Shown here piece by piece: positions 51,701-59,819 of a DNA stretch of 64,000 bases. The stretch is from Pocillopora damicornis (taxonomy: Eukaryota), in the NCBI RefSeq assembly GCF_003704095.1, contig NW_020844142.1, forward strand, positions 1-64,000. The letters are read 5' to 3'. The notes below the pieces were generated by a model. That model did not search any database. It saw nothing but the letters and a program-made list of their open reading frames with translations, and was not told where the DNA came from. Made by a program: the position numbers and the translations under genes. Position 1 is the stretch's first letter. Each line of letters opens with the position of its first letter.

Positions 51701-54700
51701 TTTCAACTATGCTCTAAAGAAATTTAAGAAAACTCCTGTAACTCTTACAGATGTATTTGACATGAACTGTGGCATTGGTGACTTCAGGCACATTTTCTGC
51801 CCTCAGGTAACTCAAGAACCACTAAGAGCCACTATGAAGCCTGACTACCAAAACAACTGCCTATTGATGTATTGTCACAAATTGATTATGGACATACTTA
51901 ACTCTGTAAAGATTGCAAAGAGGTTTGCTTGTGCCAATGAACACTACAAAGTTCATTCTAAAAACTTTGAGTAGGGGTATGCACATAGCTGTGTAAGATA
52001 TAAGCCCCCACGTTTTAAAATGCCTTGCCACCTCTGACAGTAGCCTGTGCTGCACTATCAATCAGCAAAAATAAACAAAAAAATTAGCACCCAAAAAGGA
52101 CAGGGGTATGGAAAAGAAAAAATAGGAAATAGATTGTAAAAGTATTGTTTGAAATATCCCATTCTGACCACTCAGACCCACCCACTAAAAGAAAATGTTT
52201 CAGATTAGGTAAGGTAAAGTTTCAGATTAGATCATGCCTATACTAAAGTTGGGTGTAACCCAGAGAGTTTTGTTTGGGTGGTAGATCAGGAGAAGACAGG
52301 TTTCATTTTTCAAAACAGCCAGTTTACTTCATATAACTAAAAGCATGTACACTGTTACACATAAGATCCAGTATATTAACCCTTGTAAATGTGCACCCAC
52401 ATCAATCTGGTCATGCCTCAAAATACAGACCCTCAGTTTCTATTAAAATATCTTTCCCTCCATGAAAAAATACCCGTAGTCAATGTAAAAAGGTGAAAAG
52501 GATCATATGGTAAGTAAAAATAGAACTTGAATAGAATAGGAATAAACCACAACTGTTTTCAGAAGGTGGCAACCACTGTATTTACTCGTGTATAAGTCGA
52601 CCTTTTATGACCAAAAAGTCAGCCCAAAAAATTCACCCTTGACTAATAGACAAGTCATACACAAAGAACTGACCTTAGCAATCCAAGAAATTGGCATAAA
52701 AATTGCCTGAAGTCCGTTAGGAAAACCAGGTAAATAAAACCAGTTCTAATTGTGTTTGAGTTTCGTCACTTTTCAGCGCATTCTTGGTAAAAAAAAAGTT
52801 TGAAATGATAAATTTTAAGTGGCTGAACACAAAGTTACTGGAGCTGGTTTCTATTGTGTCTTTGGACTGAAGGGCAGACATTTTTGCTTGCAGCTTTCAA
52901 ATCGCTAATTCATGTCAAAAAAGGGGGGTCGAGAGCCTAGTTCAGTTGAAAAAGGGCTAAGAAATACATCAGCTGACATCGTTTGAATGGATTAAGGTTT
53001 ATTACATGATAAGCTGTATGATTGGTTCTCACTTGGAATCTTTTGGAAAAACAGATGCATAGATGACGTCACCATTAACAGCATTTTACTTATTTATCAT
53101 ATAAAACAATTAGCTTCCATGTTGGCCTGGTGTCTTTACACAAATGGATTCTATTAAATATCTCTCTTCATGTCTCTCTACATATCTTTCAGTTACAGTG
53201 GGCTCTGATTTGCATATTTAATGCTGTAGGCCCGATGAAGATGTTGGACTACTTGTCTTTCATTCTCTCCTCACTTTTAACCAAAGAGTTGTTTACTTAG
53301 TTGTCTGATCCTTGCCCAAAGCTGTGGGAAGTGTTGTATTTGAGGTCACACTTTGAAGTGCTGGAGTTCTTTGTCTAGCTTTATGTCCAGGAAAATATGA
53401 ATGTTTAGTTCTGGCACTATTGGTGACTTTTTTTATTTGCCTCTTCTTTGCACCTTCTTTCAGGTGCTTGCTGTTTACGGTGCCAAACTTTCATTTTTAT
53501 CGAATGATTTCAGTAGCTTACTGACCTGGCAAATGCTGCTGTCTCATGCAGTCTTGCCTGTTATGCGCGATTCTTTGAAACTCTTCAGTGTTCCTTCAGT
53601 CTACTTAATCTCCTTTCAAACTCAACATTAAGATTAAGGTTGGTTAAATGCAAGAAGATTTCATTTTCAAAGTGAATTACAAAATATGATTAGATACTTC
53701 TCCAGTAAATCGAAGTGCTTGTGTATGCTTAAATCGTGGTGATGTAAACAAGTACTAATAAAATTCACAGCACAAGGTTATATTTTGCTCTGCAGTCTTT
53801 TGAATTCTCCATGTTTTCAATACAATCTCAGAAATAAGAGATTATCTTTCTGGGAAATTCGTATCTGTCTGAAGTTTACTTTTTTGACTAGAAATGATGA
53901 AAAATCCAATTTTTGACCTTGAAAACTGGGGTCAACTTATACACGAGTTCGACTTATACATGAGTAAATATGGTATACGCAATTCAAGAGTGTACAGTAA
54001 AGCCTCTATAAACAACTTACAAAATAATTGCTTATTAGTGCACAACTGTGGGTTGAAAGTAGCCTAATATTTTAACTTGGATAATAATAATAATAATAAT
54101 AATAATATGTAATATTTATATTGTGTATTTTCTTTTAAAAAATAATCAAATGCACAAGAAATTATCAGTAGAGGGATGATTCACACACCAAATCTCCTCT
54201 AAAACCCTTTAGCTTTTGCAATTAAATATAATTATCATAATTGAGCATTGGGTGCATAACAAAATATTAGTCAACACAACTTATTAGTAGAATTATGCAC
54301 AACAAATTTAATTATCATGTCCAAAGACCAAACTGCAAAATTAATAACAGGTATAACTTTTTGAAAGCTGCAAACTGTCAGAACATATAAGAGCCAGCAT
54401 ACATGCTCACCTGATGTGCTCCTTTGAGAAGCTTACCAGGAGGTTTTTTCCTGAGAACAAATTCTTTTCCATCTTTTGACAAGTAAAATGTCGGATTGGA
54501 CTGCCCAGAGCTAAGGAACAATTTGTTGGTAAACAATTGAGATTAGTGATAACTCAAACCAACCCATACAGTCAGATAATTTATTTAAGGATAGGTGACT
54601 CACAAACAAGATCTTGATGAAACCTTAAAATGATCACAGCTGATGACGTAGTACTCCACTAAACCATAAAACATGACTTCAAGGGAATTACGGTCAACTC

Positions 54701-55234
54701 GCCGACGGACCAACTCGCCAACGCCAACTCGCCGAAGTATAAAATCAAGTAGAGACGTCGGCCAGTTGGTCCTCAATCCAATACAACTTATTAGAAGTTA
54801 AACATACAGAAAAGTAAACGATATTTAGTAAAAAAACACTGGTGAACATTGGTGAATATCAGACAGAAGCTTAAACATTGGTGAACATTGGTGAACATCA
54901 TCAATGACTATAACAGCTTAAGACNNNNNNNNNNNNNNNNNNNNNNNNNNNNNNNNNNNNNNNNNNNNNNNNNNNNNNNNNNNNNNNNNNNNNNNNNNNN
55001 NNNNNNNNNNNNNNNNNNNNNNNNGTAAAGAAATGCTCTTAATAGTCCGATCGCAGAATGGGTTTAATTAAAGAAAAACGAAATACTTCGCGCGAGCAAC
55101 ACAAACCTGTATTGCAGAACCTTTAAATGCCCGTTACTTTTAGGAAAGGCCAGAAAGTTACGCTCCAGATATTCGTGAAGTGCAGTCTCATCGAATTTGT
55201 GCTCTAAGCGTACCTTTGTCACTTGTTCGGCCAT
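9924..55234 (-). CDS. ACAD11: Acyl-CoA dehydrogenase family member 11 (APH-like kinase + ACAD), 20 coding exons, 2325 nt, 774 aa
   Basis: Exons: 55107-55234, 54411-54510, 51500-51625, 49438-49599, 46620-46731, 36298-36350, 35757-35889, 32816-32955, 32157-32269, 31477-31609, 30190-30258, 29776-29914, 27806-27913, 26063-26161, 25922-25988, 16580-16665, 13868-13936, 11877-12031, 11657-11773, 9924-10139. All introns are GT-AG and phases join into one ORF. Motifs: [72 protein letters not shown]. It ends LTAKI like human ACAD11 and lacks the N-terminal HAD domain of ACAD10. Confidence 0.95.
10695..11240 (+). mobile_element. 3' fragment of a LINE (RT C-terminus and tail)
   Basis: Degenerate ORF ...[13 protein letters not shown]...HLLP followed by an AT-rich tail. 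Confidence 0.55.
11657..11773 (-). CDS. ACAD11: ACAD11 exon 19 ([20 protein letters not shown]...AAKNQ)
   Basis: CAG acceptor, GTGTGG donor. Confidence 0.95.
11877..12031 (-). CDS. ACAD11: ACAD11 exon 18 ([23 protein letters not shown])
   Basis: TAG acceptor, GTCTGA donor. Confidence 0.95.
13868..13936 (-). CDS. ACAD11: ACAD11 exon 17 ([23 protein letters not shown])
   Basis: CAG acceptor, GTATGT donor. Confidence 0.95.
14440..16256 (+). mobile_element. Degenerate DIRS/Ngaro tyrosine-recombinase retrotransposon
   Basis: RT/RNase H remnants (DLHWW, CTD); YR C-terminus [11 protein letters not shown]...[16 protein letters not shown] at ~15604-15735; repeated terminal segment at 15988-16033 and 16212-16254. 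Confidence 0.75.
16580..16665 (-). CDS. ACAD11: ACAD11 exon 16 ([16 protein letters not shown]...VFGYN)
   Basis: CAG acceptor, GTAATT donor. Confidence 0.95.
17200..18940 (+). mobile_element. Internally deleted L2/CR1 LINE, antisense to ACAD11
   Basis: APE motifs [28 protein letters not shown]; C-terminal remnant; AATAAA plus (TTA)n tail. Confidence 0.85.
21105..21700 (-). mobile_element. Penelope-like element relic (GIY-YIG + pLTR)
   Basis: [27 protein letters not shown]; ~65-bp inverted repeat 21158-21221 / 21633-21697; hammerhead core at 21223-21252. Confidence 0.8.
22075..22506. repeat. Tandem array of ~120-bp units, 3-4 copies
   Basis: Recurrent ATATTTGACAAT..ATCATTTG.AT.ACTTTTGCATAGT; seen as a repeated peptide in ORF 22102-22473. 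Confidence 0.8.
22915..23960 (-). mobile_element. Degenerate LINE RT fragments
   Basis: [19 protein letters not shown]; ILGP.LFN; [10 protein letters not shown] (degenerate YxDD region). Confidence 0.55.
25922..25988 (-). CDS. ACAD11: ACAD11 exon 15 ([14 protein letters not shown])
   Basis: TAG acceptor, GTAAGC donor; follows a 74-nt intron. Confidence 0.95.
26063..26161 (-). CDS. ACAD11: ACAD11 exon 14 ([11 protein letters not shown]...INGTKWWSS)
   Basis: CAG acceptor, GTAAAG donor. Confidence 0.95.
26218..26770 (-). mobile_element. 3' end of a LINE with (GTAT)n tail
   Basis: [25 protein letters not shown]-terminal remnant; simple-repeat tail. Confidence 0.55.
26826..27108 (-). mobile_element. 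tRNA-derived CORE-type SINE
   Basis: Reverse strand TGTGTTCTTAGGCAAAGCACTTTACTCTCTCAGTGCCTCT...TGTAAATGGGTA resembles the MIR/CORE domain. Confidence 0.7.
27496..27716. mobile_element. ~220-bp MITE
   Basis: ~42-bp TIR TAGGCCATTGTACAGTTGTGTACTTAGTTGCCAAGCCTTTGA / TCAAAGGCTTGGCAACCAAGCACACAACTGTAAAATGGACTA. Confidence 0.8.
27806..27913 (-). CDS. ACAD11: ACAD11 exon 13 ([12 protein letters not shown]...SAFCMT)
   Basis: CAG acceptor, GTAATA donor. Confidence 0.95.
29776..29914 (-). CDS. ACAD11: ACAD11 exon 12 ([13 protein letters not shown]...FNCSAP)
   Basis: CAG acceptor, GTACCT donor. Confidence 0.95.
30190..30258 (-). CDS. ACAD11: ACAD11 exon 11 (SYYQHV...[11 protein letters not shown])
   Basis: TAG acceptor, GTACTG donor; 23 codons. 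Confidence 0.9.
31477..31609 (-). CDS. ACAD11: ACAD11 exon 10 (interdomain linker ... [11 protein letters not shown])
   Basis: GTAAGT donor; acceptor ambiguous (GAG giving start 31609, or in-phase AAG giving 31603). Confidence 0.82.
31925..32115 (-). repeat. tRNA-related interspersed repeat (second copy ~57640-57750)
   Basis: Shared CACGAGCGTGGAACAAAGAAAA.ATTCTGAGT core; reverse B-box GGTTCAATTCC. Confidence 0.55.
32157..32269 (-). CDS. ACAD11: ACAD11 exon 9 ([16 protein letters not shown]...)
   Basis: CAG acceptor, GTAAGT donor. Confidence 0.93.
32816..32955 (-). CDS. ACAD11: ACAD11 exon 8 ([13 protein letters not shown]...FRMAAIAQ)
   Basis: CAG acceptor, GTAATG donor. Confidence 0.95.
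35757..35889 (-). CDS. ACAD11: ACAD11 exon 7 ([19 protein letters not shown])
   Basis: DWE metal-binding motif; TAG acceptor, GTACAG donor. Confidence 0.95.
36298..36350 (-). CDS. ACAD11: ACAD11 exon 6 ([17 protein letters not shown], kinase catalytic loop)
   Basis: HGDxxxxN motif; TAG acceptor, GTTTGT donor. Confidence 0.95.
36981..37296. mobile_element. MITE inside the minisatellite
   Basis: Termini ACCACATTTGGT / ACCAAATGTGGT; internal inverted AATAGCAATTCAAGTACCATTTCAAACCAACCT. Confidence 0.7.
38170..38975 (+). mobile_element. 5'-truncated L2-type LINE
   Basis: [16 protein letters not shown]...[17 protein letters not shown]...[10 protein letters not shown]; 3' stem CCAGGG...CCCTGG (38902-38952). 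Confidence 0.85.
39310..41050 (+). mobile_element. BEL/Pao LTR retrotransposon relic (5' LTR, PBS, gag, partial pol)
   Basis: Putative LTR TGTTTC...GAAAC 39310-39799; PBS TGGTCCTTCGAGCC at 39800; gag [30 protein letters not shown]; [11 protein letters not shown] and AIETQLGW; no 3' LTR. Confidence 0.85.
39815..39874 (+). repeat. 13-bp tandem repeat (GATAGTGAACAAA) x~4.6
   Basis: Directly visible just after the PBS. Confidence 0.95.
42104..42390 (+). mobile_element. Full-length tRNA-derived SINE (Deu/Nin-like central domain)
   Basis: A box TGGCCTAGTGG 42113, B box GGTTCAAGTCC 42157, GTAAATAGCCAACTG..CCTCCTACCAGTTGGG core, AATAAA + TTA tail. Confidence 0.85.
42780..45297 (+). pseudogene. Degenerate MULE-like DDE transposase with SWIM-like finger
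   Basis: [23 protein letters not shown]...HLLWDLH, ICAH remnants with many stops. Confidence 0.65.
45398..45580 (+). repeat. tRNA-derived SINE-like repeat (same family as 7660-7925)
   Basis: TTAGCTCA.TTGGT...GGTTCAAATCC.GTACAGGCCTGAATTTTTTTCAG. Confidence 0.7.
46620..46731 (-). CDS. ACAD11: ACAD11 exon 5 ([11 protein letters not shown]...WLEKNIP)
   Basis: CAG acceptor, GTAACA donor; translated manually. Confidence 0.92.
47044..47100. repeat. 27-bp perfect tandem duplication
   Basis: GGTGACTGCAATATTGGGTGAGTATAA x2. Confidence 0.9.
49438..49599 (-). CDS. ACAD11: ACAD11 exon 4 (GIIF...TLARLH...FLGRQ)
   Basis: CAG acceptor, GTAATT donor. Confidence 0.95.
51500..51625 (-). CDS. ACAD11: ACAD11 exon 3 (VDREFRVL...[12 protein letters not shown])
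   Basis: CAG acceptor, GTAAGT donor. Confidence 0.95.
52576..53973. mobile_element. Non-autonomous pogo/Tigger-like element
   Basis: TIR CTGTATTTACTCGTGTATAAGTCGA / TCGACTTATACATGAGTAAATATGG followed by TA; duplicated subterminal motif. Confidence 0.8.
54411..54510 (-). CDS. ACAD11: ACAD11 exon 2 ([10 protein letters not shown]...[15 protein letters not shown])
   Basis: TAG acceptor, GTGAGC donor, APH N-lobe motifs. Confidence 0.95.
54690..54924. mobile_element. End of a CpG-retaining (young) DNA element in ACAD11 intron 1, running into a gap
   Basis: CAACTCGCC x3 subterminal repeats; AACATTGGTG repeats. Confidence 0.5.
55107..55234 (-). CDS. ACAD11: ACAD11 exon 1 ([16 protein letters not shown]...LKVLQY)
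   Basis: ATG in AACATGG context; donor AG|GTTTGT; phase 2. Confidence 0.88.
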
Positions 55235-55832
55235 GTTCGCCTCTCGTTTCCAGACTTCCACGGAGAGGAACATTTTCATCATGATAGCTGTCAGTCAGAC
55301 AGGGACATGTCTCTGATGTCGTGTTGTGGGTCAGGTCCGTGATTTGTGGAAACTTTTATTTTTCGTGTCTCACTTTTGTTAACAAAAGTTTCCTTTAAAT
55401 AGAGTGAGGAGAATGTAATCTGGTCCTTATTCACTTAATGACCTGCAAAATCGGACGACCGCGTTGATGCGAAAGTCAAATTACGTAAAAAAGTCCAGCC
55501 TGGAATGTACGGTACCGAGTCCCATACCATCAGTTAAAATTTATTATAAATGAAGACATTTGATTTGAATTTTTTCCTAGAGAAAATAATTTTGAGAGAG
55601 GTGGGTCACGATTTTTCAGCGGCACCCTCTCCAAGGAGGGGGTGGGGGTTGGGAAGAGGGCTTCAAAACCGCCTCAGGTTTTAATTGGGTGTTTGACCAG
55701 ACTTATCTGTTGTTCTTCACTTTGAAAGACATAACGTAAAATGGCGTATCTCCAATGGTTTTGCTGACTGCAGGCATCCTTATCCTTGTAAAGAATAAGG
55801 ATGAAATAGATGTGACTGTTTCACTTACTTAA

Positions 55833-56035
55833 CCCTATAACTCCCATGAGTAACCACGACAGAATTTCTCCTCACAATATCAATACAAACTCAAGAAGAC
55901 AAGTGATGAGAACCGAGAAAAGTGTCAATTAGGGATTGTAAGTTTATCCAATACAAAATTCTCAGAAGTGACATCAGAAGAGTTGCACTGCAGACAGTAA
56001 GGAGAATTACTAATGAGATCTTGGGAGTTAAAGGG
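55833..56035. mobile_element. piggyBac-like MITE
   Basis: TTAA|CCCTATAACTCCCA...TGGGAGTTAAAGGG|CTAA; partial relative at ~58075-58165. Confidence 0.8.
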
Positions 56036-56399
56036 CTAAAGGGGGGTATACAAGTTTGTCAAGGTGTTAGAGTGGTAACGGAAAAAATAGGGGTGACAAT
56101 GATTTCCAATTACCATGATTTACAGGTTATTCTTATCTACATAAGTTTGTCCCCTTCCAAGTGCATACTGTCCAATTATCTAGGAATGAATTGTGATGAG
56201 TACAGCTTCACAATCTACCAACTCCTTTCTCCAACAAGCATGACTTTACACTGTCCCTTTGATTCAAGCTCACAACCAATCAAATTAGGGAATTCTGTTT
56301 TGTTTTGGGTTTCTGTAGATTTCTTCATAATTTCTTTGATTCAACTGAGTTTCATCTCCAATGACACATTACTGGTTTTGGGCATCTCATATCAGAACT

Positions 56400-57380
56400 A
56401 GCACTTCATTGCATGTACAATGAAATTGCAAATGAACACTTGGAGAAAAGGAAAGCAAAAGTAAGAATTTATTCTCTTCCATGGATTAATGGGGAAATAA
56501 GAAAACTTATGAATAAACAATATAAACAACTCCGCAAAGCTCAAATTACAAATTCTCCTGTTGACTGGAAGTTGTATAAAGATCTTAGAAACGAAGTACA
56601 CAGGAAACTAAAGAGAGCTGAATCCATGTATTATCTTGAGACTCTTGAGAACATAAGAAATGGAAGTACAGACTTTTGGAACTTAATTGAGAAAATTAAT
56701 TAAAATGAAACAATCACTAAAAAAACTGGCCCTATTAAGAATGAAGTAGGAACACTAATATTTGATGACACTGAGGCTAATACATTAAACCAATTCTTTT
56801 CCACAATTGGTGAAAACCATGCATCCAACCAAGAAGAAAATGTAAATCCTTTGTCTTATATCTGTAGAGTGACACCTGTAATAGATGTTGATTTTCCAGT
56901 AGAAGCCTTTTCAAGAAAGTTAAAATCAGTTAACCCCAAGAAAGCACATGGTGCTGACAGCTGGTCAGCAAAAGAAATAAAAATTGCTGGGATAATCTGG
57001 ACAGACATAAGAAATGCAGAAAATATGAATTCTTTTAAATTAGCTCTAAAAAAGAAATCAAGATTGATGGAAACTAATAGTTACATAAAGAGACAATGCA
57101 ATAACTTAAATAGGAGAACTGAAGATTTGATATACTATTGAAAGGGATTACTTTTTTAAATTACTTACTTATTAGTTTCATATTTATATTTGATTATTTA
57201 TCAATAATTATTTATTAGATGATCTATATTTTATACTTTATAAAAACTTTTAAGATTATGCTATTAGGTTCTCTTTTTTTAAATATTTTAGCATGTAGTT
57301 AGGTCCACATCAGCAAAAGCTGCCCTTATCATGACTTTATTGAAATAAATTATGCATGTATGTATGTATGTATGTATGTT
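56400..57380 (+). mobile_element. Internally deleted LINE fragment
   Basis: PWINGEIRKLM...YKDLRNEV...FWNLI; PKKAHGAD; tail AATAAA + (TATG)n. Confidence 0.75.
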
Positions 57381-59819
57381 GCAATCTTTGTTTATAATTA
57401 AATCATAGGAGTAGTCAAACTGAAACATCAAGATTACCCTCAAGTCACTTATAATAATTTCAAGGGAGCACACCCCTAGACTATACAATGCATGCAAAAC
57501 ATGCTTGTAGTCCAGGAATTAAGGGATAACTTAAGTATCAGCCCAATACTTTTGCAGGCTAAGCCAAGATTTTATCAGACAAAAAATTTAATGCTACGCA
57601 GTCCACACAAAAACAGATAGCACTGAACATCTCCACAAGAGTTAAGATGGCATTTTGTCTTTTCACAAGTGTGGGACAAAGAAAAAATTCTGAGTTAGAT
57701 TCCTTGTGGGGACTCAGCATTATGTCCTTGTCCCATGTGTAATAAGACAACTCACTTTAAAAAAAAAATTCACAGAAAATTACAATAGAGCACGAGGCTG
57801 TAACAGCTTGTGGCATACTTACACCATACATTGCGAGGGTTTCTTTCAACTGGGTAAAATGAACCAAGCATTGAAATTGATTCCTGGGAATGTGTCAGCA
57901 GAAGAATATCTCCAGGGGCACTTGAATAATGCCTCTGCCATTCTCACATTGTTTTTAACCAAGTTCTCCACAAATATCCAATATTGTTACCCTAAGTTTC
58001 ACGAGGTAAATTCTCTTAACAAAATCAATAAAATGTTGAGCACAAAGGAGATGACAATAAAGAAAAATTTTAACTAAGGTAAATTCTTTGATTTGACAAC
58101 CGATCATAAAAAATAACAAAACAAAATTGGTATTACCATCAAGATGTTTTGGAGTGAAAGGGTCAAAATCTAACTCAAGCAAAATTGTATAAAAAAAAAG
58201 AGAGAAAGAGATAAAGCATGACCCACTGAACCAAGAAAAAACACCTTCAGTACAAACTGACTATAAGAAAAAACCACATTTGTATCAAAATCTCAAAAAC
58301 TCACATCTCATGGTAAGAATACCTATACATGCCTCCCAAACATCCCAAAACCTAAGACAATTCACAGCTTTCTCTTAAAATCCTGTTAACTACCACCTTG
58401 CATCTAAAGAGAACCTGATTTAAAACAACTACCACAGATTTAATAGTAACATCTTAAATGTTCTCATCCTTAAACCTTTGGTATGTAGCCTTCAAAATGG
58501 AAGACATTTTTTCAAAAATGTTGGGGAAAAGTATACCAAATAATTTAACAAAGGAGTTCCTTAGAGGACAGTTGTGGAATTACAGAATCAGACCATGCTT
58601 GGGAAACTCAGTCAATTTAATTCAAATACAAACTACTTTTCAAAATTCATGCTTGACAGAAAATGGTTCATTTAAGACAAATAACACAAAAAATTGGTCA
58701 TCCCTGGAAATGTTTGTACAAGAACTAATACAATTAAGAGGTTGATATGAGCTAAGCCTCAAATACCAGTTTGTCCACATATTTCTGGTTACACCTAGTA
58801 ATTTAAATGTCTTTCAATAACTGTTTGGTAACTTTAATGGCATACTTCTTGTCAAATACACATAGAGCAAACATTGTCCTCTATACCTTTGTCTTTATCA
58901 ATAAAATAATGAACATAAAACTTCAAAATCAGTTAACCCACAGAAGTCCTTGGATTTAATGAGTTAAGTAAGTGGCCTTAAATAGAAAACACATCAGCCA
59001 CACTCTAAAATGCAGCTATACCCTAATAATGCGATCAAATGTGTTGACAGTGTCCAGCAGTTCCCAGCTGACATAAATCAAACCAACACATTCTTATTCA
59101 TATCAAACAAACTTAAGCATCCAAAAAGGGTGAAAACCATAGTAAATTGCTTTTGTGTAATCTGGAATAGCATTAAATCTGTTTACTCCTTTTCTAGAAA
59201 CTTCATCCCAGTTATGACAACTACAGTTCACATAAACAGCTTCGTGTCTGATCTGAAGAGGATAAGCCGATGAAACGTGAGCTTCAAGAATGTGCAGTAG
59301 TTTTCAATTCCGACGGAAACAAAAAATGACACAATCGTTTCGAAGCAACTTCACAGAAGAACGCAAAATTTAGGACGATCATTCTTATCTATAACACGAA
59401 TTTAAAGGAAGGAGGTGCAAGTCGGCTATTTAAAGAACAATTCCAATATAAGGGCTTAAGTGCGTTACAACTTGTATAATTCTAAATCGCTAATGACACA
59501 AGTCAACAAAACGCAAACCATGCTCGTTTGCTCAAACGAAGCTCAGCCAGGCGCGGTAAAAAGTTAACCATTTCCATGAGCCAATTGGTGTTGCTCAACA
59601 ACAACCGGTATAGAGCACCACATAGGCAGTAAACACTAGCAAGCTTACTTTTCGATCACGCGATCTGATATGCAGTATAGCCACGCGCTTTCGGCAAGTT
59701 CCATAAAGGAGTTCTTTCTCACGGCGGCGTAAATTGACCTTACGAGCAAGTATATAGATTTTACACGTTTCTTGCTTACAGATATAAGACTTTCACAATA
59801 AAAACTTTCCAAGTTACAA

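Noticed and set aside
55922-56401. 159-aa plus-strand ORF upstream of ACAD11
   Set aside because: GTG start inside a piggyBac-like MITE; no recognisable domain
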